Numbered from the stretch's first letter, positions 19,891 to 29,512 are shown. The stretch: DNA of 45,468 bases from Deltaproteobacteria bacterium (GCA_034670305.1 JAXMNT010000060.1:1-45468); one strand, 5' to 3'. Notes: generated from the letters alone by a model not told the origin. Made by a program: numbers and translations.

Positions 19891-21506
19891 ACCGGCCTCG
19901 CTCTCGTGGTCGCCATCTCGGTCTGCATGGAGTGCCCTTCGGCCATCGCCGTGTTTGCGGCCATCTCGGTGTCCCCGGCCATCGCCGTGTCCTGGGTCGC
20001 CATCGTTGAGTTCACCTGGGTCGCCATCGATGTGTCCCCTGCCATCGCGGTGTCCTGGGTCGCCATCGTCGGGCTCACCTGGGCCATCGTTGGCGCCGTC
20101 TCCATCGTGGTCTCCCTCTCCATAGGGGTGGCCACCATTCGCATCGAACGCGATGCGGTTCGGGCGCTGTGCATGGCTTCGGAACTCGGTTGGGTGGGTT
20201 CGACCGGAGCGCCAGGAGTATCTGCAAATGCGGCAGTCTCGGCGGGCGCCGCTCCGATGGTCTCGGATGGCTCCGCGAGGTCCAACTGCACATCGCCAGA
20301 AGTCTCAGTCACGGTCGACTCTGGGGACTGCAACACCGGCTCCGCTCCGTCCTCGCGCAGCACCATCCATCCGGCGACGATCAGCGCGACCGCGCCCAGC
20401 GCGATCCCCCACACGACGCCGCTGCGGCGTTCGGCGGGAAGCGGTGGCTCGGGCGCGGCCGAGGTGGGTTCCGCAGCAGCCGCCAAGTGGGTGTCGGTGG
20501 GCGAGGGTTCAGCAGCAGGCGCCAAACGGGTCTCGGTGTGCTCGAGCGCTTCGTCGACCATCTTCGCGATGTCGGCGCGGGTCTGCTGGAAGTGTTGGTC
20601 GAAGAGACTCGCCAGCGGCACGCGATCGAACGCCTGCGCGATCGCGCCAACCGCCTCCGCCACGGCACGCGCGGACTCGGGACGCGCCGCGGGGTCTTTG
20701 GCGAGCAGCCGATACATCAAGTCCACGAGTTCGGGCGGCGCCCCCGCGCGGAACTCCGCGACATCCGGCGGCGGCTCGCGCAAGATGCGCGGCGCGGCGA
20801 CCTGCATGCCGCCGCCGTAGAGTCGCCTGCCGGCCAAGAGTTCGAACAAGACCACGCCGAGTGAGAAGAGATCGCTCCGGTGGTCGAGCGTCTCGAACCG
20901 CAGTTGCTCGGGCGACATGTATCCGGCTTTGCCCTTGAGCACGCCGGGCCGGGTCTGTCCCACCCGGTCGAGCGCACGCGCCACGCCGAAGTCCGCGACG
21001 CGCACGCAGCCGTCGAAGCCGAGCAAGATGTTGCCGGGCGTCACGTCGCGGTGCACCAGTGAGAGCGCTTGGCCGCCGGCTCCGCGGGCGGTGTGCACCG
21101 CGTGCAACCCCTCGGCCGCCTGGCGCACGATCTCCAGCGCCGCGGCGATGGGGACCTGTTCTCCAGCGCGAAGGCAGCCGCGCACGAAGTCTCCGGCGTC
21201 GACCCCCGCGATGAAGTCCATGACCAAATACGGACCGACCTCGTCTTCGCCGACATCGAGCACCGGCACCGTGTTGGCGTGACGGATGAGGCCCGCGACC
21301 CGGGCCTCTTCCAAGAACATGCCGCGGATCTCCAAGTCCTCGGCGAAGTGCGCGAGCAGACGCTTGCGGGCGTAGGCGCGGGCGAAGCTCCCTTGGCGCC
21401 GGACCACCAACTCGACTTGACCCATGCCCCCCTTGGCGAGGTCTCGGACCTTCTCGTACGCCGGGGCATCGGCAGCCAAGCGTGCGGTGGTGGCCACGGA
21501 CGGCAC
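19875..21506 (-). CDS. Membrane Hanks-type Ser/Thr protein kinase
   Basis: KGGMGQV, ARKR, HRDVTPGN, DFG, GYMSPEQ and SDLFSLG motifs, a TM helix, and a Met/Thr/Ala-rich tail. Confidence 0.92.
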   Translation of the reverse strand: MPSVATTARLAADAPAYEKVRDLAKGGMGQVELVVRRQGSFARAYARKRLLAHFAEDLEIRGMFLEEARVAGLIRHANTVPVLDVGEDEVGPYLVMDFIAGVDAGDFVRGCLRAGEQVPIAAALEIVRQAAEGLHAVHTARGAGGQALSLVHRDVTPGNILLGFDGCVRVADFGVARALDRVGQTRPGVLKGKAGYMSPEQLRFETLDHRSDLFSLGVVLFELLAGRRLYGGGMQVAAPRILREPPPDVAEFRAGAPPELVDLMYRLLAKDPAARPESARAVAEAVGAIAQAFDRVPLASLFDQHFQQTRADIAKMVDEALEHTETRLAPAAEPSPTDTHLAAAAEPTSAAPEPPLPAERRSGVVWGIALGAVALIVAGWMVLREDGAEPVLQSPESTVTETSGDVQLDLAEPSETIGAAPAETAAFADTPGAPVEPTQPSSEAMHSARTASRSMRMVATPMERETTMETAPTMAQVSPTMATQDTAMAGDTSMATQVNSTMATQDTAMAGDTEMAANTAMAEGHSMQTEMATTRARPVWTEY

Positions 21507-21520
21507 CCCGACATTCTAGC

Positions 21521-23098
21521 ATGAAGTACCCTTCAGACCTCCCTGTGGCCCCCGCCTCTTCACCGACCGAACTCGATCGCGCGGGCCGCGAGGCGCGCGA
21601 CGCCGCGCTGCTTGGCGACTTCGGGCCGTGTGTTCCGATCCTCGAACGCACCGACGATGCGAGCGTGGGGTGGCGCGCGTGTTTCGAAGCGATGCGGGCA
21701 GGTGCGGGCTTGATGGCGCGCGGGGTCGATCTGCACGCGCTGTCCGCCGCGTCTTCGAACGCCCGCGTCGGGGTCGCCTTCGCGCTCTTCGAGCTTGCGC
21801 GCGACGCGGTGGCCCGCCTCGATGTCCCGGCCCTCCGGACGGTGGGGCCATTGCTGCAGGCGGCGGCTTCTCGCCCGCCTGCCAGCGCGGTCGAATCGCT
21901 GGGCATAGCGGCGCAGTGGGCGAGCGCGTGGCTCGGCGCCCTCGAATCGCCCTCCGCGGAGCTCGCCAAGGACGTCGCGCAGCTCGGCCGAGCGGCACAG
22001 CAGTGCGGCGCGGCGGAGCTGGTCGTCGAGCTGCCTGCGTTGCGCGCGTTCGTGTTGATGGGCCTTGGCGACCTCGCCGGGGCCACCGACGCGGCGCGCC
22101 GAGCCTCGCGGATGGGCCGCACGGAGGGCATGCCTCAGCAGGAGTACCTGGCGAACCTGGTCCTGGCCCGGCTCCGTCGAAGTACCGGACGACCCCACCT
22201 CGCCATGCGCATCCTGTCTGCGCTCGGACCGGTCGCGCCCGCGCGGTGGCAAGCGTGGATCGCGTGGGAGGCCGCGCTGGCTGGCTCGTTCGAGTCCGCC
22301 CAGGTCGCGCGCGGCGCGGCGCACGACGGGGTGTTGTTGGGCGCGGTCGAGGAGTTGCTCGAGGGCATCCCTTCGGACGCCGAGCTTCCGGCACCGTTCG
22401 CAGCCGAACTCCGCGTGGTGCGCGCCGCGCTCGGCGGAGGGCACGAAGAGGCGGCAGGAGCCTGGCTCTCCGGCGTCGACCCCGAGATGCCACCTGCGCT
22501 TCAGGGACTGGCGCTCCGCGCCGACGCGAGGGGCGACGCCCGGGTGCGCGTGGTGGTGGGGCCGGGACTCGAGCCCCGTCGACGTTTGGCGCTCCGCGCG
22601 TCTGAGACGTACGCGTTGACCGACCCACCCCATCCGCGGACCGAGACGCTCTTGTGCGTGCTCGCGCAGGCATGTGGGCACGGCATCGGGCGCGACGACC
22701 TCTACCAGCAGGTCTACGGCTTCACGTTCGATGCGGTGGTGCACCAGGGGAGTTTCGACGTGCTGTTGCACCGCGCTCGGGCGTGGCTCGGCGACCGGGG
22801 CGCGATCGTCCGAGACGACGGCATCTTCCGGTTGGAGGTCGCGCGGGCGTTCGCCATCCCCGATCCGCGCTGCGAGCGTTCGCTCGACGACCGGCTGCTC
22901 CAAGTGCTCGCGCAGCGCGGTGGGGTGCCGGCGCGCGAAGCCGCCGAAGTGCTCGAGGTCCCGCTCCGGACCGTTCAGACGCTCCTCAAACAACTGGTGG
23001 AAGAGGGGGCCTGCGAACCCGAACGGGAGGGGCGCAAGATCGTCTACCGCGTCGAGGACACGACCTTCCGCGAACCCACCCTCCAGTCGCCAACCTGA
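21521..23098 (+). CDS. Putative transcriptional regulator (helical repeats + two winged-helix domains)
   Basis: OmpR-like wHTH (RDDLYQQVYG...VLLHRARAWL) and a second wHTH (AREAAEVLEVPLRTVQTLLKQLVEEG). Confidence 0.65.
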   Translation: MKYPSDLPVAPASSPTELDRAGREARDAALLGDFGPCVPILERTDDASVGWRACFEAMRAGAGLMARGVDLHALSAASSNARVGVAFALFELARDAVARLDVPALRTVGPLLQAAASRPPASAVESLGIAAQWASAWLGALESPSAELAKDVAQLGRAAQQCGAAELVVELPALRAFVLMGLGDLAGATDAARRASRMGRTEGMPQQEYLANLVLARLRRSTGRPHLAMRILSALGPVAPARWQAWIAWEAALAGSFESAQVARGAAHDGVLLGAVEELLEGIPSDAELPAPFAAELRVVRAALGGGHEEAAGAWLSGVDPEMPPALQGLALRADARGDARVRVVVGPGLEPRRRLALRASETYALTDPPHPRTETLLCVLAQACGHGIGRDDLYQQVYGFTFDAVVHQGSFDVLLHRARAWLGDRGAIVRDDGIFRLEVARAFAIPDPRCERSLDDRLLQVLAQRGGVPAREAAEVLEVPLRTVQTLLKQLVEEGACEPEREGRKIVYRVEDTTFREPTLQSPT

Positions 23099-23169
23099 AC
23101 CGAAGCCGGTGCGGGTGGCCAGTCTCGCGAAGCCGTGACGGCCGTAGATAAAGTGTCACACTCCGGCCG

Positions 23170-23937
23170 ATGCTTTTGGCGATCGACGTAGGCAATACCA
23201 ACACCGTGCTCGGCCTCTACGACGGGGCGCAGCTGGTGCACGATTTTCGGATCGAGACGGCCAAGGGCCGCACCATCGACGAACACCACGTCTTGCTGGC
23301 CAACCTGGTGCAGTTGGCCGGGGTGCCGCGCAGCGAGGTGACCGCGAGCATCCTCGCCTCGGTCGTGCCTTCGGTGACCGACGTCATCGTCGAAGCGGTG
23401 GACCGCGCGTTCGACCACGACGTGCTCGTCATCCGCCCGGGCGTGAAGACCGGCATGCGCCTGCTCTACGAGAACCCGCGCGAGGTCGGCGCGGACCGCA
23501 TCGTGAATGCGGTCGCGGCCTTTGAGCGGGTCAAGGGCGCGGTTATCGTGGTCGACTTCGGCACTGCGACCACGTTCGACTGCATCTCGGCCCAAGGCGA
23601 GTACCTCGGCGGCGCGATCGCACCCGGCATGGAGATCAGCGCCGGCGCCCTCTTCAGCCGCGCCGCGCGGCTCTTTCGCGCGGAGATCGCGCGACCCCCC
23701 AAAGCGATCGGCCGCAACACCGCGCACTCGATGCAGAGCGGCATCGTGTACGGCTACGTGGGGCTCGTGGACGGCCTGGTGGCGCGGCTGCGTGAAGAGA
23801 TGGGTGGCGAGGTCCGGGTCATCGCGACCGGCGGGCTCGCCCGGCTGATCGAACCGGACAGCGAGTCGATCGAAGACGTCGACGAGTTCCTGACGCTGGA
23901 CGGACTGCGCCTGCTCTACGAACTCAACCAGAGCTGA
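23170..23937 (+). CDS. coaX: Type III pantothenate kinase
   Basis: LAIDVGNTN, ASVVP, GADR, VDFGTATT, GGAIAPG, ATGG and LTLDGL motifs. Confidence 0.95.
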   Translation: MLLAIDVGNTNTVLGLYDGAQLVHDFRIETAKGRTIDEHHVLLANLVQLAGVPRSEVTASILASVVPSVTDVIVEAVDRAFDHDVLVIRPGVKTGMRLLYENPREVGADRIVNAVAAFERVKGAVIVVDFGTATTFDCISAQGEYLGGAIAPGMEISAGALFSRAARLFRAEIARPPKAIGRNTAHSMQSGIVYGYVGLVDGLVARLREEMGGEVRVIATGGLARLIEPDSESIEDVDEFLTLDGLRLLYELNQS

Positions 23938-23966
23938 GTGCCGGGTGGCGGGAGCGGAGGAGCCCG

Positions 23967-24080
23967 CCGACGTTGACGCCGACGCTGAAGCCGAAGCCGA
24001 CGCCAAAGCCGAAGCCGAAGCCGAAGCCGAAGCCGAAGCCGAAGCCGAAGCCGATCCCGAAGCCGATCCCGATCCCGACC
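23967..24080. repeat. Intergenic hexamer tandem repeat (CCGAAG)n / CCGATC
   Basis: Same unit as 2568-2687 in the opposite orientation, again between convergent stop codons. Confidence 0.85.
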
Positions 24081-24085
24081 TTGGC

Positions 24086-25387
24086 TCAGGGGGCGGGGAG
24101 GGCGACGAAGGCGCCTTTGGCGACGAAGTTGGGGTTGGTGCCTTCGGACCACACGACGAGGTAGTGGTCGCCGTCGAGGTGCTGGATCGACGGGCGGTAG
24201 GGAACCGGGAAGAGTGCGCCGATCGGGACGTTGACCTCCGGGCCGAGCGCGAGGTCGGTTCCGTCGAACGAGTACGCGCGCACGATGAGCTCCGTCGCGG
24301 AGAAGCCGCTCATGCCGCGTGCGTAGAGGATGGCGCCGCCGGTGTCTCGCGCGGCGAGGTAGGGCGCGACGCCGCGCCGGGTGACTTCGACGAGCGAGTC
24401 CGCGACGCCGACCGCCTGGAGTGAGACGAAGGTCGAGCCGGTGGTGTGCGCCGCAAAGACGTTGCCCGCCGCGTCCACCGCCACCCCGGGATCGCGGCTC
24501 GTGACCACGGTCGTGTCGAGCGCGCCCGTGTCCGCCGCGCCCCCTGCGTAGTACGCCGCGCCGTCTCCGTCGGTCGGCTCGTGGTTCCACACCAGGTGCG
24601 TGCCGTCCGGGCCGACTGCCAGCGTCGGAAGCGACTCGCTGACGTCTTCCATGTAGAGCGGTTCGATCGCGTCGCCGTCGAGCGCTCCGTCGAGATCGAG
24701 CGGCTGCAGGAACACCTGGAACCCGCGCGCTTCTTCGATGCCGCGGCTGCCCGCCAGCCAGAACCCGCCGGCCGCCCGCGGTGCCAAGTGCGGGAACCAG
24801 GTCGTGCCGGTGACCGGCAGACCTTCGCGCATGGTGACCACCCGGGTCTCGGTGCCGAGCGCGGTGCGGGTCACGCGATCGAACGCGCGCGCTGCGGTCT
24901 GCACGCCTTCGCCTTCGTCGAGCTGCCACGCGACGAGCACCCGGTCGCCTTGGATCGCGATCGTGCCGTCGATGTCGTTCGGGGACGCGTCTTCGTGCAC
25001 GCGGCCAGGCATGCCATCCGCGAGTCCACGCGAGACCCCGTTGCAGTCGATCGTGGTGAGGAAGACGTCGAGGCCTTCTTCGCCATCGACGTGCGCGGTC
25101 ACGGTCGCCCAGATGAGCTCCCCGTCGAACACCGCGTAGGGATGGATCTGGGTGTCGAGAAACCCGGGCGCCAGGTCGAACACCCGCGGCTCGAGGGCGT
25201 CGGCACAACTCGGCGGTGGACCCGCGTCGGTGCCGGCGTCCGGAAGTCGCGGCGCATCGACGCCTGCATCGATGGGCGGGGGCGTGTCGAAGACCTCCCC
25301 ATCCAGCGTGCCGGCATCCTCGGCCCCATCGTCGTCCCCACCACACGCCAAGACAAGCGCGAGCGCGCCCAGAAGTAGACCCCTCAT
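24086..25387 (-). CDS. Hypothetical lipoprotein (beta-propeller-like)
   Basis: MRGLLLGALALVLACGG lipobox, DAG linker, and repeated P..A......LVAW motifs. Confidence 0.7.
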   Translation of the reverse strand: MRGLLLGALALVLACGGDDDGAEDAGTLDGEVFDTPPPIDAGVDAPRLPDAGTDAGPPPSCADALEPRVFDLAPGFLDTQIHPYAVFDGELIWATVTAHVDGEEGLDVFLTTIDCNGVSRGLADGMPGRVHEDASPNDIDGTIAIQGDRVLVAWQLDEGEGVQTAARAFDRVTRTALGTETRVVTMREGLPVTGTTWFPHLAPRAAGGFWLAGSRGIEEARGFQVFLQPLDLDGALDGDAIEPLYMEDVSESLPTLAVGPDGTHLVWNHEPTDGDGAAYYAGGAADTGALDTTVVTSRDPGVAVDAAGNVFAAHTTGSTFVSLQAVGVADSLVEVTRRGVAPYLAARDTGGAILYARGMSGFSATELIVRAYSFDGTDLALGPEVNVPIGALFPVPYRPSIQHLDGDHYLVVWSEGTNPNFVAKGAFVALPAP

Positions 25388-25552
25388 GCAGCGAGCCTGG
25401 GGGCCGAGGCCAAGCCTCGCCAACCGACGCATGAGCAAAGTCGCGTGATGCCGCCGATGCGCGCGAAGCTGCCCGCAGCGCCACCTCGATTCCGCTGGGG
25501 GCACGCCCCAAACCGCGGCCCGGGACGCTCTGTTTTCGTGCGACCCTGCGGC

Positions 25553-26335
25553 GTGGCCGAGGGGACCGGTGCCGTCGAAGAGAGCCGCAGCGTCGCGTGC
25601 GAGCGGTGCGGCGCGAACGTGCCGCTGGTCTCGAGCCAGCACGCGCGCTGCGTGTACTGCCTCCACGACCAGAAGATCCCCGCCGATGTCGCGCAGGCGG
25701 TGCACGCGGACCAGGTGCTCGAAGCCAAGCTCGAAGAGGCCGCGGGCTCCGGAGAACGTGCGTTCACGAAGATGTTCGTGGCCAACCGCGGGTGGCAGGT
25801 CGGGCTCGCCGCGTTCACCTTCGTCTCCTGCCTGCCGACCTTTTACCTCGGGTTCTCGGCCGAAGGCGACACGGCCGACCAGCTCTTGCGCGCCGGCCTC
25901 TACGGCGGGGCGGCGCTGGGCAGTGTCCTGATGGCGGCCATTCCGCTCTTGTGGCTGCGCACCCTCAAACGTTCCGGGGAGCAGGCCTTTGCCGCACTGC
26001 CACTCGCCCGGGTGAGCGTGGACGCGGGCGCGTTCGTGGCCGGCTGTCCGAGCTGCGGCGCGCGCCTGAGCGCGGGCGGTGAGGTCGCGGTGGTGTGCGG
26101 GCACTGCCAGACCCAGTCGCTGCTGCCGCAGCCACTGGTCGATGCCCGCATGAAGGGCCGCCACAAGCGGGTGATCGAACTGCGCCTCGCGGGTCAGACC
26201 GCGGCCCACGGCGCCGCCCAACACGCGGTCACGCAATGGCAGAAGAAGTTCGTGCCGATGATCATCGGCATCAACGTGCTCGTGGGCATCGTGATCTTCG
26301 CCGCCGTCATCGCCTACCAACTCGCCAAGTCCTGA
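25553..26335 (+). CDS. Membrane protein with two Zn-ribbon motifs
   Basis: CERC...CVYC and CPSC...CGHC motifs with three hydrophobic helices. The start is uncertain. Confidence 0.6.
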   Translation: MAEGTGAVEESRSVACERCGANVPLVSSQHARCVYCLHDQKIPADVAQAVHADQVLEAKLEEAAGSGERAFTKMFVANRGWQVGLAAFTFVSCLPTFYLGFSAEGDTADQLLRAGLYGGAALGSVLMAAIPLLWLRTLKRSGEQAFAALPLARVSVDAGAFVAGCPSCGARLSAGGEVAVVCGHCQTQSLLPQPLVDARMKGRHKRVIELRLAGQTAAHGAAQHAVTQWQKKFVPMIIGINVLVGIVIFAAVIAYQLAKS

Positions 26336-26402
26336 GCGTGGAGGCGTCGAACGCGACTTCGGGTACACTGGGCCCCGGAGCGGGTGGCTCCGGGATGGGT
26401 GC

Positions 26403-27323
26403 GTGATGACTCGAGTGCGAACGAGCTTCTTGGCGGTGTGTGCAGTCCTTCTCTGGGGATGCGTCGGCGAGCTCTCGATCTCGGGCCCCGCCGGACCCAT
26501 CCCCGACACCGGACCCCGAGCGGACTCTGGACCCGGCGTGGACGGTGGACCGGGCATGGACGCCGGACCGGGCGTGGATGGCGGACCGGGCGCAGACAGT
26601 GGGCCGGGCGTCGACAGCGGACCGCGCGTGGACAGCGGCCCGAGTGAACCCGAGTGTGGCGACGGTCGCACCGAGGGCACCGAACGGTGCGACGGCGACT
26701 GCCCGACCAGCTGCGCGCCGCGCATGTGCGAGACGGGACGGCTGCGCGGCGACGCGACCATGTGTTCCTCGTACTGCGACTACAGCCCGGTCACGACGTG
26801 CATGAACGACGACGGCTGCTGCCCGTCTTCGTGTTCGCCTTCGACGGACAACGACTGCACCGGCCTCGACTGCCGCGACTACGACAGCTGGCCGACCGAC
26901 TGGGCCGCCGAAGAAGTACGCGCAGTGGACGAGATGAATCGCCACCGGCTCGCTGGCACCGACTGTCCGAGCGGGCCCAAACCGCCGGTCCCCGCCCTCG
27001 TCCTCAACCGCGAACTTCGCATCGCCGCGCGTTGCCACAGCATGGACATGGCGACGAACAACTTCTTCAGCCACACCGGGTCCGACGGCAGCAACTTCAG
27101 CGCGCGGGTGCGGGATGCGGGCTACACCGGTGGTCCAAGGGCCGAGAACATCGCCGCGGGCAACGGCACCGGTGTCGCGAGTGTCGGCCAGTGGATGACC
27201 AGCACATCCGGCCACTGCGACGCAAACATGAACAGCGGCTACAACGAAGTCGGGATCGGCTACATGCGCCTGTCGGGCACCATGTGGACCCACTACTGGA
27301 CCGCCAACTTCGGCAGCCGCTAG
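26403..27323 (+). CDS. CAP/SCP domain lipoprotein with Cys-rich segment
   Basis: Lipobox LLWGC, GPGVDG repeats, and AARCHSMDM, FFSH, ENIA, GHC..M and VGIGY motifs. Confidence 0.85.
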   Translation: MMTRVRTSFLAVCAVLLWGCVGELSISGPAGPIPDTGPRADSGPGVDGGPGMDAGPGVDGGPGADSGPGVDSGPRVDSGPSEPECGDGRTEGTERCDGDCPTSCAPRMCETGRLRGDATMCSSYCDYSPVTTCMNDDGCCPSSCSPSTDNDCTGLDCRDYDSWPTDWAAEEVRAVDEMNRHRLAGTDCPSGPKPPVPALVLNRELRIAARCHSMDMATNNFFSHTGSDGSNFSARVRDAGYTGGPRAENIAAGNGTGVASVGQWMTSTSGHCDANMNSGYNEVGIGYMRLSGTMWTHYWTANFGSR

Positions 27324-27353
27324 CCCCGGCTGTGATCCGTGGAGGGTTGCGCC

Positions 27354-27413
27354 GGCGCGCTGCGCGTCGGCACGCTGCGCGTCGGCACGCCGCGCAGCGG
27401 CACGCTGCGCGTT
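27354..27413. repeat. Intergenic 15-bp tandem repeat x4
   Basis: Consensus GGCACGCTGCGCGTC, four units. Confidence 0.75.
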
Positions 27414-27459
27414 GGCTCGCGCCATCAGACGTCGCGCGACCTCTGATACCGTGCACACC

Positions 27460-28242
27460 GTGGGGTATCGGGAGCCAGCTGCGCGGGCGTCGGGCGTGGT
27501 GCGGCTGGGGCCGTTTCGTCGGAAGTGGCGTGGCCTCGCGGTGCTCCCGGTCACGTGCTTGTTCTTCGTGGTCTTCGTGGTCGCGGCCGGCGAGACCGTC
27601 GCGCTCGAGTGCACGGACGGCGCGTGCCAGGTGCAGACCGCGTACCTGTGGGTGTTCGCAACCGAGACGCACGAGTTTCGGGCGGACCAGATCGAACACA
27701 CGAACGCGCACAGCAACCGCAACGGCACCCGCGTGCGGCTGTACCCACGGGACGGCGAGACCCTCGAGTTCCAGCTCGGCGCGCTCTTCGGAGGTTCGGA
27801 CCACGAGGCGATCGCGGCGTACGTGGATCAACCGGTTGGCACCCTGCACGTCTCATCGAACCCAAGCGGCTTTCTCGTCGTCGTGTTCGCGATCGGGCTC
27901 GGCCTCATGGGCGCGGTGTTGGTCGGGCTTCTGAGGATGCCCTCGTGGATCGAAGTCCACGCGCGCCACGACCACCTGGAGGTCGTTGAGCGGTGGCCGA
28001 CCCACGCCAAGACGCGGCGGCTGCCCCTCGATCGTCCGACCGAAGTTCGAGTACTCGAGCGACGCGCCCGAACGTTCTGGGACGGGGACGTGCCGGGGGC
28101 GCTTCTGCAGATCGTCGACGCGGGGGAGCGCGTCCGCGCCCTCACCCTCCGCCCCATGCCCCACCCTGAGCGGCACCGCGCCGCCGCGCAGGCGCTGCGG
28201 CAAGCGCTCGGGCTCGCTCCGGGAGGCAGGGAAGAAGAGTGA
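27460..28242 (+). CDS. Hypothetical membrane protein (2 TM)
   Basis: GYR N-terminal motif, two TM helices and a C.DG.C loop. The GTG start is preceded by a TACCGT -10-like box. Confidence 0.6.
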   Translation: MGYREPAARASGVVRLGPFRRKWRGLAVLPVTCLFFVVFVVAAGETVALECTDGACQVQTAYLWVFATETHEFRADQIEHTNAHSNRNGTRVRLYPRDGETLEFQLGALFGGSDHEAIAAYVDQPVGTLHVSSNPSGFLVVVFAIGLGLMGAVLVGLLRMPSWIEVHARHDHLEVVERWPTHAKTRRLPLDRPTEVRVLERRARTFWDGDVPGALLQIVDAGERVRALTLRPMPHPERHRAAAQALRQALGLAPGGREEE

Positions 28243-28322
28243 CGCGGCGCGATGGTTGCGTCCGCGTACGCACTCGTCGCGCAAATCCTGCGTCATCGCT
28301 TCGTTCAACGTAGGAATCACGC

Positions 28323-28338
28323 TGGCACGCCGCGTGCG
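28323..28338 (+). promoter_or_regulatory. Candidate sigma54 promoter for the Crp/Fnr gene
   Basis: TGGCACG-CCGC-GTGCG (GG-N10-GC), ending 13 nt before ATG 28352. Confidence 0.45.
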
Positions 28339-28351
28339 AGGTCGGGTCCCC

Positions 28352-29077
28352 ATGCACGCGACCTCGACCATCCCGCCGGCCTTCCGCTCCAAGCTCCGGG
28401 AAAGCCTTCGAGGCTGTCGGCTCTTCCAGGGCATGACCGAATCCGAGCTGTGTGAACTCGAGGGGTTGTGCGCTCGGGTTCGGCTCCGCCGGTTCGAACC
28501 GGTCTGGAAGCTGGGCGACCGGGCGACGTCGTTCCACGTCCTGCTCGAGGGGCTGGTCGAGCTGAGGCGGCCGGCGGGCGGCTACGACGCGACCGTCATG
28601 GCGATCTTCGGACCCACCGAATGTCTCGCGGTCCCCGTCGCGCTCACCCGCGGGGTGTACGGCGCGGACGCGGTGGTGGTGAGCGAACACGCGGTGCTCT
28701 TGACCGTCCAAGCGGCGCCGCTGCTGGAGCGCATGCACCGCGACGTGCGGTTGGCGATGGCGCTGAACGCCGCGCTGCTGGAGCAGGTCCAGCTGCTGCA
28801 CCGCAAGATCGACGTGATGTCCGCGGGCACCGTGCAGCAGCGTCTCGCCCGCTTCCTCTTCGACCTCGCCGATCGTTTCGGCGACGAGTTCGAGAACGGG
28901 GAGATTCAGATCCCGTTCTCGTTGTCGCGGGAGCAACTCGCGCACTACGTCAACGCGCGGGAGGAGACCGTCATCCGCGCACTGAGTGCGTGGCGCAAGG
29001 AAGGGCTCATCGAGTTCCGGCCGGGCGCCATCGTGTTTCCGCGCGGCGAGGCGATCCGCGAAACGCTCGCGGCCTAG
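28352..29077 (+). CDS. Crp/Fnr-family regulator (DNR/NnrR/HcpR-like, probable NO sensor)
   Basis: cNMP-like beta-barrel, QRLARFL, and the HTH SREQLA...ETVIR. It lacks the N-terminal FNR Cys cluster and lies next to the nor genes. Confidence 0.85.
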   Translation: MHATSTIPPAFRSKLRESLRGCRLFQGMTESELCELEGLCARVRLRRFEPVWKLGDRATSFHVLLEGLVELRRPAGGYDATVMAIFGPTECLAVPVALTRGVYGADAVVVSEHAVLLTVQAAPLLERMHRDVRLAMALNAALLEQVQLLHRKIDVMSAGTVQQRLARFLFDLADRFGDEFENGEIQIPFSLSREQLAHYVNAREETVIRALSAWRKEGLIEFRPGAIVFPRGEAIRETLAA

Positions 29078-29109
29078 ACCCTCGCGGCCTCGCCAAGAAG
29101 TCCGCCGAC

Positions 29110-29123
29110 CTGACCTATGTCAT
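29110..29123 (+). promoter_or_regulatory. DNR/FNR-like box upstream of HiPIP
   Basis: CTGAC-CTAT-GTCAT, with a CATGGT -10 at 29146-29151 that places the box at -41.5. Confidence 0.65.
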
Positions 29124-29206
29124 CGCCGCGGCGGGAGCATGCCTCCATGGTCCCGATTCGGTGCGCCCCATCACCCTCTTTCATTGCGCCCTGCCCAGGA
29201 GACCTC

Positions 29207-29512
29207 ATGTCCAAACACTCTCGTCGCGTCTTTCTCGCCCGAATCACCGCTGGTGGCGCCGCGCTCGGGGTTCTCCAAGCCGTCGGTTGCGGCGGAGGCG
29301 ACTCGGTGTCTTGCGACACCAACATCACGCCCGACGCCCGCCGCACCCGCACCGCGCTCCGGTACGTCGACGTGACCAGCGATGCGAGCAAACGCTGCAT
29401 CTCGTGCACGCTGTACACCGGCGACGCCACTGCGTGCGGAACCTGCTCTGCGGTGCCCGGTCCGATCCACCCGGACGGAACCTGCTCGGCCTTCGTCGCG
29501 ATCCCGGCCTGA
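29207..29512 (+). CDS. High-potential iron-sulfur protein (HiPIP), Tat-exported lipoprotein
   Basis: SRRVFL Tat motif, AVGC lipobox, LRYV...RCISCTLY...C..VPGPIHPDG.C HiPIP pattern, and an AGGAG RBS. Confidence 0.8.
   Translation: MSKHSRRVFLARITAGGAALGVLQAVGCGGGDSVSCDTNITPDARRTRTALRYVDVTSDASKRCISCTLYTGDATACGTCSAVPGPIHPDGTCSAFVAIPA

Noticed and set aside
23967-24080. CRISPR array or a PK/EA-repeat protein
   Set aside because: The 6-bp tandem units have no spacers and there are no cas genes. ORFs across the repeat lack credible starts and overlap real genes.
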